From NCBI GenBank assembly GCA_013360305.1, contig JABWCK010000001.1, forward strand, positions 17,209 through 81,208: a stretch of DNA of 64,000 nt. Direction: 5' to 3'. The translations under genes and the position numbers were made by a program. Under the pieces are notes generated by a model. It saw only the letters and a list, made by a program, of their open reading frames with translations, did not search any database and had not been told where the DNA came from. Source of the stretch: Candidatus Micrarchaeota archaeon (GTDB lineage: Archaea > Micrarchaeota > Micrarchaeia > Norongarragalinales > Norongarragalinaceae). Of this stretch, positions 9,860 to 19,570 are shown one piece after another. Each line of letters opens with the position of its first letter. The first letter of the stretch is position 1.

Positions 9860-10726
9860 TAACGAAGAAAACCCAAAAACAATTTGGACTAAAATAACAA
9901 ACAAAATACTCACCGTAACCAAATTAGACTGTAAAACTAAATCTTTCAAAGAATTTCGACGAGCATAATTTCTAGAAACCAACTTGAACTGAAAAATAAA
10001 CAAAATTAAAGAAAAAAGTATTGAATAAAAATAAATAAAACTGACAAAATTAAATAACGCAGCTAAAAATAACGAAAATAACAAAACAAACTCTCCCCCT
10101 AACATAAAAAGGGCCGTCTTCTTTTCGCCTAAGACAATAGGTAGTGATTTCCTCCCCACTTTACGCTCTCCTGCGATATCTTCAAAATCCTTACTACTAG
10201 CAATAACAAAATAAAGACCCATGAAAAATACTAAAAAAACATAGTTAACAGGATAGCTAACTAACACAAAGTGTGCAATTAAATAAGGAATTAAACCGTA
10301 TAACAACGCACCCATAACGTTAGACGCTAACGGAAAATGACGAAAACTAAACTTTGGATAATTATAAATCGTACTCAAAAATATAAACAACAACATAACT
10401 AACGGAAGTTGTTCATTAACTAGTAAAGCAATAAATAACCCCGAAAAAAATAAAAGAAAAGATAAGAAAAACGCTTCATTGATACTTACCCTTCCCGAAG
10501 GGATTGGTCTACGAGGCTTATTTATCTTATCTACATCTAAATCAAAAATCATGTTAGTAACATTAAAGCCCAAAACTACCAAAGAAAATGAAACTAAAGC
10601 TAATACAAAATTAAAAGAAGGCAAACTAGCACTAATAACTAAATAAGAAGAGAAAGGTGCAATAAACGAAATTAACAAATAATGGGGAGCGATTAACTCC
10701 CAAACGTTTCTAAAAATCAAAGACAC
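9854..10726 (-). CDS. UbiA-family prenyltransferase (DGGGP synthase-like)
   Basis: NMIFDLDVDKINKPRRPIPSG and KDFEDIAGE motifs, multiple TM helices. Confidence 0.85.
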   Translation of the reverse strand: MSLIFRNVWELIAPHYLLISFIAPFSSYLVISASLPSFNFVLALVSFSLVVLGFNVTNMIFDLDVDKINKPRRPIPSGRVSINEAFFLSFLLFFSGLFIALLVNEQLPLVMLLFIFLSTIYNYPKFSFRHFPLASNVMGALLYGLIPYLIAHFVLVSYPVNYVFLVFFMGLYFVIASSKDFEDIAGERKVGRKSLPIVLGEKKTALFMLGGEFVLLFSLFLAALFNFVSFIYFYSILFSLILFIFQFKLVSRNYARRNSLKDLVLQSNLVTVSILFVILVQIVFGFSSLL

Positions 10727-10757
10727 TAAACTAATACTAAATAATAGTTAAAAAATA

Positions 10758-10877
10758 CTAAGTAAAGTCAACTAAACTACACTCAAAGGGCCTAATGCAA
10801 AAACCCAAATCAAAACTACAATATTTACAGTTTCGCCTGTTTCCGTGAACCCAATTGTTGCAATTCGAGCAGATCAT
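10758..10877 (-). CDS. Unlisted 39-aa zinc-ribbon microprotein
   Basis: MICSNCNNWVHGNRRNCKYCSFDLGFCIRPFECSLVDFT has two CxxC motifs. TTTTATA lies about 25 bp upstream. Confidence 0.55.
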   Translation of the reverse strand: MICSNCNNWVHGNRRNCKYCSFDLGFCIRPFECSLVDFT

Positions 10878-10921
10878 ATTCTTTTAGTGCTACTAATTCT
10901 ATAAAAGAATTGAGTAGAACT

Positions 10922-10944
10922 TAAATCAACTTTTTGTTGATTTA
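10922..10944. promoter_or_regulatory. Perfect inverted repeat (operator or terminator)
   Basis: TAAATCAAC-TTTTT-GTTGATTTA. Confidence 0.5.
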
Positions 10945-10975
10945 CATAAAAACGAATAAGATATTGAAAAGCAAC

Positions 10976-11581
10976 CTAAGAAAAAACAGATTTTAATTCT
11001 TCTAAGTATCTTCTAGTGTAGACTAGTTCTTTTTCTATTAGTTTTTTTCCTTCTGGCGTTTGGAGGTCGCTCAAGGCGACTTCGATCTTTTTTTCATACC
11101 ACGCGATTGCTTGAGGAATGGTTTTTCCTTGTTGACCACATAAAGCAAACACCCTAGCTACACCTATAGGCCCCAAACCATCTAGTTTGTCAGCATCAAA
11201 CAATATTTTGGCCTCCAAACTAGTTTTTTCAGAAAGTTTTTCAGTAGAATGCTGACTCATTACTTCAATAACTCGCTCAATCCTAGGATAGTTAATTGAA
11301 GAAAGGATTTCTCTAGCTAACGAAATGCTTTTTTCAACGTGTTCACGTTTCGCATCAAACGGTTGGTCGACATCATGAAGTAAACAAGCCAATTGTAACA
11401 CTTCTAAGTCTACGATAGAATAATGTTTAGCTATTTTCAAAGCATTTTTTCTAACTCTACAAAAGTGGTTAAAATCATGCGCTAACGATTGTTTAGGTTG
11501 GTTTTTGAGTTTGTTCCTTACTATCGCTTCTACGTCTTTAACAAAAATCATTTCATTTTTCTCCTTGGAGAATTTTTCCAC
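10976..11581 (-). CDS. HD-domain phosphohydrolase
   Basis: HDFNH, LLHDV, DADKLDGLG. Confidence 0.9.
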   Translation of the reverse strand: MEKFSKEKNEMIFVKDVEAIVRNKLKNQPKQSLAHDFNHFCRVRKNALKIAKHYSIVDLEVLQLACLLHDVDQPFDAKREHVEKSISLAREILSSINYPRIERVIEVMSQHSTEKLSEKTSLEAKILFDADKLDGLGPIGVARVFALCGQQGKTIPQAIAWYEKKIEVALSDLQTPEGKKLIEKELVYTRRYLEELKSVFS

Positions 11582-12300
11582 TCATCCATGAAAGATTTAA
11601 AGAAGTATTTAGTGATTGCTGGATCAACAAAATGAATACCTAAATAAGCATCGGGAAAAGTCACTGCAACAATTATTTCTTTATCTTTTATTCCAAAAAG
11701 TCGCAAATAATCCGTGGATGAATTTCGAATTTTTATGTTGTCAGGATCTAAAGATGCCAAAAAATTTGCAAAATGGCTTGTTTCTAGGGAGCTTGGTAAA
11801 ATTGTATGTATAGCTACCCCACGCACTGATGCTTGTTCTAACGCAGAATAAAATTCAGTTGGATAAGCTGTACCCGTTTTAGCTTGACCAAACAACAAGT
11901 CTCCTCGTTTGGCACGACTAGTTACCCCCAATAACGCACGAGTAGTGTTTGCTCTACCAACATAAACTTTAAAGTTTTCATGAATATTAAAAACGTCTTC
12001 AACTTTTGTTTTTCCAGACATGCTTTTTTCTAAAAAATCGCCAAATGCTTTTAAGTCATGAACCCAAACGGGATTTAGACCATATTCTGAATTTTCTTTT
12101 TTGAGTAAGCCTTGGTCAGTTAATTGAATTAACATTTTATGCACGCCTTGATAACTGACATTATACCCTTCAGCTAATTCTTTTGAAATAGTTAAGTAAA
12201 TTTGTCTAGCAGATAAAAAACGCCCATCTTGTAAGGTTTTCAAAATTAATTGTTTCAAGTCTTTTTTGCTAGAACCTATAACTGAAAAATCGACAGGCAT
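11548..12300 (-). CDS. wHTH transcriptional regulator with TrmB/PLD-like C-terminal domain
   Basis: N-terminal SYQGVHKMLIQL..G wHTH. C-terminal RGVAIHTI..GIKDKEII. Confidence 0.6.
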   Translation of the reverse strand: MPVDFSVIGSSKKDLKQLILKTLQDGRFLSARQIYLTISKELAEGYNVSYQGVHKMLIQLTDQGLLKKENSEYGLNPVWVHDLKAFGDFLEKSMSGKTKVEDVFNIHENFKVYVGRANTTRALLGVTSRAKRGDLLFGQAKTGTAYPTEFYSALEQASVRGVAIHTILPSSLETSHFANFLASLDPDNIKIRNSSTDYLRLFGIKDKEIIVAVTFPDAYLGIHFVDPAITKYFFKSFMDEWKNSPRRKMK

Positions 12301-12348
12301 AAAATAATATGGAAAAAAGGATAAATAAACCTAACAAAAAATAATATC

Positions 12349-13200
12349 GTGGAAAAAACAGGAGAAAATAACGAAAATTTTAGTACTACCGGAAGAAAAA
12401 CTCATACAACCCAGCCGAAAATACTTATTTTAGACTTAAGCGGCACTTTAAGTAAAAAAAGTATAGGGTTGGAATTGTTAGCTCATAAAATAGGACGAAC
12501 CAACGCTATACAAGAGTATTCAAAACTTAGAAAGCCTGGAATCAAACTAACTGAAGCAATACTAAGAGGAATAAAATTATTAGCAAGACATCAAACAACA
12601 GTTGAAGACTACCATTATACCACAGACAAAATAGTCAAAAAAGGCGAACTTAGAGGAGAATTATTAGAACTTGCAAGATATTTACAAAAACGAGGAACAA
12701 AAGTAATATTGACAAACAAAACATCTCAAATAATTGCAGAAAGAATTGCTAACCAATACGGATTAAATGGTGCAATAGGCACTAAAGAAAAAATAGAAAA
12801 CGGTAGAATAACGGGAGTAGAGGAAATATTAAGTGAAAAAGAAGGAACATACAAAGGAATCAAAACTAACACAAAAATAAATAGAATAAAGGAAATCGCT
12901 CCGGAAATAGATTCTAAAGATATTGCAGTAATAACAGATAGTATAGACGATTTAGAAACAATAAAGGAAGCGGGTTTTAGTATTCTTTATTCGCCTTTGC
13001 ATAAGGCAACGCATCAGGAAATAGCAGAAAAATTAGGCTTAGGCGATTACATCGTTCATGAAGGCGCTACTCCCGAAGAAAATTTGAAGTTACTTTATAG
13101 ACTCAAATTATTATTACGCCACCCAGGATTTGCAAGTCAACCCGAACGCCTAGAAGCGGCAGTAGAAAGGCTACACAAACTTAACCTAACGCGTTTTTGA
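12349..13200 (+). CDS. HAD-superfamily (phosphoserine phosphatase-like) protein with degenerate motif I
   Basis: ILDLSGTL and TDSIDDL motifs. Confidence 0.65.
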   Translation: MEKTGENNENFSTTGRKTHTTQPKILILDLSGTLSKKSIGLELLAHKIGRTNAIQEYSKLRKPGIKLTEAILRGIKLLARHQTTVEDYHYTTDKIVKKGELRGELLELARYLQKRGTKVILTNKTSQIIAERIANQYGLNGAIGTKEKIENGRITGVEEILSEKEGTYKGIKTNTKINRIKEIAPEIDSKDIAVITDSIDDLETIKEAGFSILYSPLHKATHQEIAEKLGLGDYIVHEGATPEENLKLLYRLKLLLRHPGFASQPERLEAAVERLHKLNLTRF

Positions 13201-13537
13201 TTGCTTTTAGTGGGAGGAGGACGCATTTTATTCTAACAGCCCCGACGCTGATGCCAAGCATTTCTACTAAAGCTTCGTCAGTTAAAGATTTTATTTCCTT
13301 GACGGTTTTACCCTTAATGAAGTCGGTTAAGATTGAAGCAGAAGCAATGCTTAACGCACATCCTTCGCCTTCAAACTTGACGTCTTTCACGACGTTTTTT
13401 TCTACCAGCAATTGAATAGTAACTACATCGCCACAAACCGGATTAGCTTCCCGCCTAGAATAAGTTGGTTTTTTTAAAACGCCTTTGTTTAATGGGTGTT
13501 TGTAGTGTTCTAGTATTAATTCGCCGTATAAATCCAT
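13181..13537 (-). CDS. sufU: Fe-S scaffold/sulfur transfer protein SufU/IscU
   Basis: NPVCGD, GCALSIASAS, RIKC. Confidence 0.92.
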   Translation of the reverse strand: MDLYGELILEHYKHPLNKGVLKKPTYSRREANPVCGDVVTIQLLVEKNVVKDVKFEGEGCALSIASASILTDFIKGKTVKEIKSLTDEALVEMLGISVGAVRIKCVLLPLKAIKNALG

Positions 13538-13540
13538 TTT

Positions 13541-14722
13541 TTATTTCACCAGCGTCTTGTGGGATAGTTCTAAAGCGTCAACGAACGATTGCACTTCACG
13601 CTTGTTGTTATAAACATAAAATGAAGCGCGGCAAGTAGACGTCAACCCCAAAGCATTCAATAATGGCTGCGTGCAATGGTGGCCGGAGCGGATGGCGATA
13701 TTCTTTGAATCGAGGATTGAAGCAACATCGTGTGCGTGGACTCCTTGAACGTTGAATGATAGTATTCCTAGTTTTTTGCTTGGGGCTGGACCATAAACAT
13801 CAACGTAGTTGGGTAGTATTTTGTGTGCGTAACTGGTTAAATCGCGTTCGTGGGCTAGTAACTCGTCAAAACCAATTCTTTGCAAGTAACGAACCGCTTC
13901 AGCTAAGCCTATTGCTCCAGAAATGTTAGGCGTACCAGCCTCGTATTTATACGGCAAATCATTCCAAGTGGTTTCTTGAATAGTTACTTCTCGAATCATG
14001 TCGCCACCAGTCAAGAATGGAGGTAATTCTTGAAGTAATTCTTTTTTTCCATATAAGACGCCGATTCCGGTTGGTCCTAGCATTTTGTGCCCTGACAAAG
14101 CAAGAAAATCACAATCCAATTTCTTAACATCAATAGGCAAGTGAGGCGCGCTTTGAGCAGCGTCTATTACGGTTAGAGCCCCAGCGTCTTTTGCTTGTTC
14201 GATTAATTGCTTGGCGGGAGTAATTACGCCAGTAGCGTTGGATGCGTGAGTGAATGCGAAGACAGTCGCGTTTTTTAGTTTGTTAAAGTCTTCAACATCT
14301 AGTTCGGCGGATTCGCTTAGTGACAAGTACTCGATTTTAGCTTTCGTTTTCTGGCTTAACAATTGCCAAGGCACGAAATTAGAGTGGTGATTCATTAACG
14401 TAGAAACAATCTTGTCATTTTTTGAAACAGGCAAGATGTTAGCAACTAAGTTTATTGATTCAGTCGCGTTTCTCGTAAAGATTATTTCTTCAGGCGAAGC
14501 ATTCAAGAATTCAGCAATAGATTCTCTAGCGTTTTCATACAATTCCGTTGCTTCTTGAGATAATTGATAGACTCCTCTGTGGACGTTAGAGTAATGGTTT
14601 TCGTAAAAATCCCTTTCAGCATCTAGCACTGAAGACGGTTTTTGAGTGGTTGCTGCGTTGTCTAGGTAGATTAGGTTTGGATTGTTTTTGAATATGGGAA
14701 AGTCTTTTTTCGTGTCGATCAT
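13541..14722 (-). CDS. sufS: Cysteine desulfurase SufS
   Basis: YLDNAATTQKP, SGHKMLGPTG, RSGHHC. Start set at the ATG overlapping the sufD stop. Confidence 0.95.
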   Translation of the reverse strand: MIDTKKDFPIFKNNPNLIYLDNAATTQKPSSVLDAERDFYENHYSNVHRGVYQLSQEATELYENARESIAEFLNASPEEIIFTRNATESINLVANILPVSKNDKIVSTLMNHHSNFVPWQLLSQKTKAKIEYLSLSESAELDVEDFNKLKNATVFAFTHASNATGVITPAKQLIEQAKDAGALTVIDAAQSAPHLPIDVKKLDCDFLALSGHKMLGPTGIGVLYGKKELLQELPPFLTGGDMIREVTIQETTWNDLPYKYEAGTPNISGAIGLAEAVRYLQRIGFDELLAHERDLTSYAHKILPNYVDVYGPAPSKKLGILSFNVQGVHAHDVASILDSKNIAIRSGHHCTQPLLNALGLTSTCRASFYVYNNKREVQSFVDALELSHKTLVK

Positions 14723-15867
14723 TGCATTCTTACCTTCAATAGTTTTTCGCACTCGCTTCGCCAAGCAGGGTTTTGGCTTTTGTCTATTATTTCTTGAGCA
14801 AAGCCTTCAATTATTAACAATTCAGCGTCGCGTTTTTTTAATCCTCGGGATTGCAAGTAGAATACGCTGTCTTTGTCTATGTGGCTGACGGACGCGCCGT
14901 GGCGAGATTTTACGTCATTAGTTTTAATCTCTAAAGCAGGCAAGGAGTTGGCTTTGGCTTTGTTGCTTAACAATAACGCTCGACCCATTAAGTGGGAGAA
15001 AGTGTTTTTTGCAGGGTTCTCGATTAAAATCATTCCTCTATGCACAGAGTTGGCTTCGTCGTCTAGTATTCCTTTAGCTAGCAAGTTGCCGGTAGTGTCG
15101 GGTACTGCGTGGCGAATGTTTGTTGACAAATCGCTTTCTTGCTTGTTTTTTCCAAAAAACAACAAGTAAGTATCGCTGTTAGCGTTTCTTCCTTCGAGAG
15201 AGGAATTGAATTCTTGAATTGTTGAAGAAGAACCAAAAGAAGCAGCAATCCATTGAAAACTAGCTTTTTCGCTTAAGACGCTTTTCTTTAAGGAATAATT
15301 TTGGCTAGTTATTGAAGCGTTTTCTAGAAAATTGTAGTCTGTCTTCGAGTTTTCTCCAATGAATACTTCAGAAAAACTAGTTGACGCGTTAGTTGAAGAA
15401 AAGTCTTCAAAGTAATCGAGCTTAGCGTTTTTTCCAGTAATTACTATAGAGTGAGCTAGGACGCTTTCGCCGGTAAAGCTTGTTTTCACGCTAGCCTCAA
15501 CATCCTCAGGAACTATTATCAAGCAGCCAGTGTTGAATAAGGCGAAATGCAAGGCAGCGTTTCGAGAAATTTCTGGATTTAATAATTTCTGGAAGTGTTT
15601 TTTTACTAGTGATTCTTCTTGTTGCAAGGCTGTTTTGAAATCTAAAACAATTGCGTTACCGCTTGATTCAAATTTAACGGCCGGAGAAGAATTGTTAGTT
15701 AAGTCGAGTGAAAAATTAGTGTATTTTTTTTGAGTAGGCGAGTCAGCTTCAACGTAATACTCGTTGTCAACCCATTTTTTCAACGCGTTTTTGCGTAGTT
15801 TCTCTAGCCACGAAGGCTCGTTGTTTAAACGGACTAGTTCATCGATTTTTTCTAATTGTTTATTCAA
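14719..15867 (-). CDS. sufD: Fe-S cluster assembly protein SufD
   Basis: PALEIKTNDVKSRHGASV, FYLQSRG. Confidence 0.92.
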   Translation of the reverse strand: MNKQLEKIDELVRLNNEPSWLEKLRKNALKKWVDNEYYVEADSPTQKKYTNFSLDLTNNSSPAVKFESSGNAIVLDFKTALQQEESLVKKHFQKLLNPEISRNAALHFALFNTGCLIIVPEDVEASVKTSFTGESVLAHSIVITGKNAKLDYFEDFSSTNASTSFSEVFIGENSKTDYNFLENASITSQNYSLKKSVLSEKASFQWIAASFGSSSTIQEFNSSLEGRNANSDTYLLFFGKNKQESDLSTNIRHAVPDTTGNLLAKGILDDEANSVHRGMILIENPAKNTFSHLMGRALLLSNKAKANSLPALEIKTNDVKSRHGASVSHIDKDSVFYLQSRGLKKRDAELLIIEGFAQEIIDKSQNPAWRSECEKLLKVRMQ

Positions 15868-18452
15868 CCTACTGCACCTAGTTTTTCCATTTCCAAGTGA
15901 ATCAATCGATTCAATTCAACTGAAAACTCGAGAGGAATTTCCTTCATTACGTCATCCAAGAAACCTAACACTATCATTGAGCGAGCGTCTGCTTCATTCA
16001 AGCCGCGGGACATCATGTAAAACAATTGTTCGTCACTAATCTTGCCAACGCTGGCTTCATGAGTAAACGACGCAGTTGGTTCATAAATCTCGTTATGAGG
16101 ATAAGTATCGCTTCGTGAATCCTTGTCTAGAATTAAAGCATCGCATTGGACGTGGCTCTTAGCATTTAACGCCCCGGCATTAATTCTTAACAAACCCCGG
16201 TAAACAGACACTCCACCGCCTGACGAAATGCTTTTAGCAATCACTTTAGACGTAGTGTTTTTGCCAATGTGAAGCACTTTAGCACCGCCGTCCTTCCACG
16301 TATCTGAAGTGCCGAAAGCAATGTTCAAGTGAGACGCGCTCGAATTGTCGCCTTTCAAAATAGTCATTGGATACAACATTGTCAGCTTGCTGCCCAAGCT
16401 TCCGCCTACCCACTCCATTTTAGCATTCTTGTCAACAATAGCGCGTTTAGTGTTCAAATTGTAAACATTCTTGCTCCAGTTTTGGACAGTAGTATAACGC
16501 ATTTTAGCGTTGTCGTGAACGAAAATCTCTACTATAGCAGAATGCAGCGAGTTAGTCGTATACTTTGGCGCCGTGCAATTATGCACTGCAACGCCGCCCG
16601 CGACATAAGATTCGTCTTCATCGACGCTAAAATTGTAAACAGGCAAATCAACTACTTCTTCGAAAGAAATTGTTTTTACAGGAACAAAAGCATACTTTTC
16701 AGTAATATGTGCATATGACTTTGCTAAACTTGCTTGAGAAAGTTTTTGTAGTGCTATTTGTCTTTCTACTGCGAACTCATTAACAGGTTGAGCGTTTACG
16801 ACGTTTGCAAATTTCTGTAGAAATGAGCCGCCGACGTATACCGTGTGCATCACGTGCTTGTTTGCTCTTTCTTGAGAGTTTATTCCTGCAAAAACATCAA
16901 GCCTTAACAACACGTCGCGTAATTGTCTGGCTAAAGTTGAAGAAACCGTGTTCATTCTGAACATTCTTTTTATTCCCCAAGAATATTGTTGGTACATATA
17001 ACTTCCGTCTCCTCGCCAGAATCCTTTAATTAATTCTGCTTGTTTTTCGGGAGACTCGTGAATTACCCATAAAGGTAATTGTTTGGTGTGTGCGTGGTGA
17101 TTAAATTCTGAGTTAAAGAATCTGGCCGCCTTAGTCGAACACAACGTTAAAGAAATTCCGTTGTTTCTAATTTTTCCTTGAATCGGTTCTTTCTCAAAAT
17201 ATTTTAATAAAAGGAATTTGACGTCTTCGAGATATTCTTTTTCTTTAACGTTAAACGTAAAGCTGACGTAGTGTCCGCCGATAGTAGTTCCTTCAGACAA
17301 ATAATATCCTAATAGCCGGAAAAAGTCTTTGTCGGTTCTTAATGCGAGAGTAAACGAATTAAATTTCCCTTTACTCTTTCCAAAATTAACATTAAAAACG
17401 CGCACGTCACTAGACATCACTTCCCGGTCAATAGGCATCGCTAAATAATCTCCTTTTTGAATGTTGTTTACAGGGCTCCAATCAGGATTCCAAGTGGTGT
17501 TCTTGTATTCTGCGCGTTCTTTCTTTACTACTAAAAAGGGGTGTTCTTCGGTTGCTTTAATTTCAGCTTTGCTATCCCCATAATAAGTGACCGAATAAAG
17601 TTTTCCCGAATAAGGCCTAACTTGAGTGTGATAAACAGTTTTGAACCGGTTTTCATGAGTTAATACTTTTTCTCCAACCGTAACTTCTTCAATTGGTTTG
17701 TCACTTGTTTCGGTTTTTACTGGTGTGCCTTTAACAAAACATCCTTCGACGTAATGGCCTTCGCTTCCTTCTTCTGCAACGATTAAAGTATGCTCGAATT
17801 GTCCTTCGTTGGCAGCGTTCATTCTGAAATAAGTTTGAAAAGGCAAGTCAACCTTTACGCCCTTAGGAACGTAAAGAAAACTGCCACCACTCCACACTGC
17901 GCCATGCAATGCAGCGAACTTGTTGTCAGTGTAAGGCACGCACTTCATGAAGTATTTCTTTACTAAGTCAGGGTGTTTTTTTAAAGCAGAATCCATATCC
18001 ATGAATATTACGCCTAAGTCGTCGTAAATTTTCTTGACGTTAGCGTAAACGCTAGTCGACTCGTATTGAGCAACGCTGCCGGCTAAGTATTTTCGCTCTG
18101 CTTCAGGAATACCGAGTTTTTCGAAAGTGTCTTTGATTTCTCCCGGAACATCCTCCCAATTCTTAGCGTTTTCAGCAGCCATTTCCGGAGTAATGTAGTA
18201 ATACATTTCTTGAAAATCAATTCCACTCAAGTCAGCGCCCCAAACCGGCATTGGCCTGCGCAAGAATTCATTGAAAGACTTCAAGCGGTGTTCAAGCATC
18301 CATTCCGGTTCTTGCTTTAATTTAGAAATTAGTTTAACTGTTTCAATAGACAATCCTTTCGGTATTTTTTTGACTTTAGCCGCGTCCTTGAAGTCGTACT
18401 TGTTCAAGTCAATTGAGGGAATGTCTTCTATTCTTTCAACTGATTCAACCAA
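15864..18452 (-). CDS. sufB: Fe-S cluster assembly protein SufB, intein-containing
   Basis: GQFEHTLI, YVEG/CTAP, FYMMSRG. Likely TTG start at 18452 after a GGGTG RBS. Confidence 0.95.
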   Translation of the reverse strand: MVESVERIEDIPSIDLNKYDFKDAAKVKKIPKGLSIETVKLISKLKQEPEWMLEHRLKSFNEFLRRPMPVWGADLSGIDFQEMYYYITPEMAAENAKNWEDVPGEIKDTFEKLGIPEAERKYLAGSVAQYESTSVYANVKKIYDDLGVIFMDMDSALKKHPDLVKKYFMKCVPYTDNKFAALHGAVWSGGSFLYVPKGVKVDLPFQTYFRMNAANEGQFEHTLIVAEEGSEGHYVEGCFVKGTPVKTETSDKPIEEVTVGEKVLTHENRFKTVYHTQVRPYSGKLYSVTYYGDSKAEIKATEEHPFLVVKKERAEYKNTTWNPDWSPVNNIQKGDYLAMPIDREVMSSDVRVFNVNFGKSKGKFNSFTLALRTDKDFFRLLGYYLSEGTTIGGHYVSFTFNVKEKEYLEDVKFLLLKYFEKEPIQGKIRNNGISLTLCSTKAARFFNSEFNHHAHTKQLPLWVIHESPEKQAELIKGFWRGDGSYMYQQYSWGIKRMFRMNTVSSTLARQLRDVLLRLDVFAGINSQERANKHVMHTVYVGGSFLQKFANVVNAQPVNEFAVERQIALQKLSQASLAKSYAHITEKYAFVPVKTISFEEVVDLPVYNFSVDEDESYVAGGVAVHNCTAPKYTTNSLHSAIVEIFVHDNAKMRYTTVQNWSKNVYNLNTKRAIVDKNAKMEWVGGSLGSKLTMLYPMTILKGDNSSASHLNIAFGTSDTWKDGGAKVLHIGKNTTSKVIAKSISSGGGVSVYRGLLRINAGALNAKSHVQCDALILDKDSRSDTYPHNEIYEPTASFTHEASVGKISDEQLFYMMSRGLNEADARSMIVLGFLDDVMKEIPLEFSVELNRLIHLEMEKLGAVG
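16578..17741 (-). mobile_element. Intein (388 aa) with LAGLIDADG homing endonuclease in SufB
   Basis: EG|CFVKGT...TEEHPF...VYNFSV...VAVHN|CTAP. LAGLIDADG motifs LLGYYLSEG and LIKGFWRGDG. Confidence 0.95.
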
Positions 18453-19206
18453 GAACAACACCCTTAACGTATTCAGCGTAGCCTTTTTCTTCAAGTTTTA
18501 AGGCTAGTTCTTTTCCGCCGCTTTCAACGATTTTACCATCAACCATTACGTGAACGAAGTCCGGCTTCAAGTAGTGAAGTATTCTCTGGTAGTGAGTTAT
18601 TACTAACAAGCCTATCCCTTCCTTGTGGGCTTTTTGAACTGCTGAAGCAACGCTCTTCACAGCATCAATATCCAATCCGGAATCAATTTCGTCCAACACC
18701 GCGAATTTGGGTTGTAAAACCATTAATTGAAGTATTTCCGCGCGTTTTTTTTCTCCACCAGAAAAGCCAGCATTCAAGTAACGCGAAGAAAAAGACTCGT
18801 CGAAACTCAAGTCCTTCATTTTTTCCTTTAATAATTTTTGAAAAGCAGCAACGTCTTGCAATGAATTAGTTTTTTTGTGAATTGAATTATAAGAATTTCT
18901 CAAGAAAGTAGAAAACTTGACTCCAGGAACTTCAAACGGGTATTGAAATGCTAAAAACAATCCCTTCCTAGCCCGCTCGTCAGGACTCCATTCCAGAATA
19001 GACTCGCCATCAAGCAAAACGTCGCCCGAAGTAACTTCATAATACGGGTGGCCCATTAAAACGCTAGACAAAGTGCTTTTCCCTGAACCGTTTGGCCCCA
19101 TTATTGAATGAAGTTCGCCCTTCCTTACTTTTAAAGAAACACCTTTCAGTATTTCTTTTCCTTCAATGGATGCGTGCAAGTCTTTAAACTCTAGAATTTC
19201 TTTCAA
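18445..19206 (-). CDS. sufC: Fe-S assembly ATPase SufC
   Basis: GPNGSGKST, FSGGEKKR, LDEIDSGLD. Likely TTG start after GGTGG. Confidence 0.95.
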   Translation of the reverse strand: MKEILEFKDLHASIEGKEILKGVSLKVRKGELHSIMGPNGSGKSTLSSVLMGHPYYEVTSGDVLLDGESILEWSPDERARKGLFLAFQYPFEVPGVKFSTFLRNSYNSIHKKTNSLQDVAAFQKLLKEKMKDLSFDESFSSRYLNAGFSGGEKKRAEILQLMVLQPKFAVLDEIDSGLDIDAVKSVASAVQKAHKEGIGLLVITHYQRILHYLKPDFVHVMVDGKIVESGGKELALKLEEKGYAEYVKGVVLG

Positions 19207-19220
19207 AAAAACCACCAATA

Positions 19221-19514
19221 TTACGCGTTTCGCTTGGCTTCCCAGCACGAAACTATTTCCTTAGATTGAGAATTCAAGTAGTACTCTACAACTAAAGGAT
19301 CGCCCTTAGCTTCCTTTCTGACTAGTAAACCAGCTGCTTCCAACTCCTTCAACCGCTTAGAAAGCAGTTGAGGCGTTATTTTAGGCAAGCCTCGCTTGAT
19401 TTCATTAAAGTGAGTCTTTCCCTCGTAAATCTCGGTTAAAATCTTTAAAGCCCACTTTTTCTCAAAAACATCCAAGTGAATAACAATAGGGCAAACCCTA
19501 GGAGAACAATGCAT
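19221..19514 (-). CDS. HxlR/DUF24 family wHTH regulator
   Basis: CPI, KWAL.IL, FNEI, LSKRLKELE..GLL, VEYYL. Confidence 0.9.
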   Translation of the reverse strand: MHCSPRVCPIVIHLDVFEKKWALKILTEIYEGKTHFNEIKRGLPKITPQLLSKRLKELEAAGLLVRKEAKGDPLVVEYYLNSQSKEIVSCWEAKRNA

Positions 19515-19517
19515 AAC

Positions 19518-19534
19518 AGTATGTTTTTCATACT
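19518..19534. promoter_or_regulatory. Putative HxlR-family operator
   Basis: AGTATG-N5-CATACT lies between the TATA box (about 19537-19545) and the hxlR start codon. Confidence 0.65.
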
Positions 19535-19570
19535 AGTATAAAAAAGGTTTTGTTCTCGTAAATTATAGCA

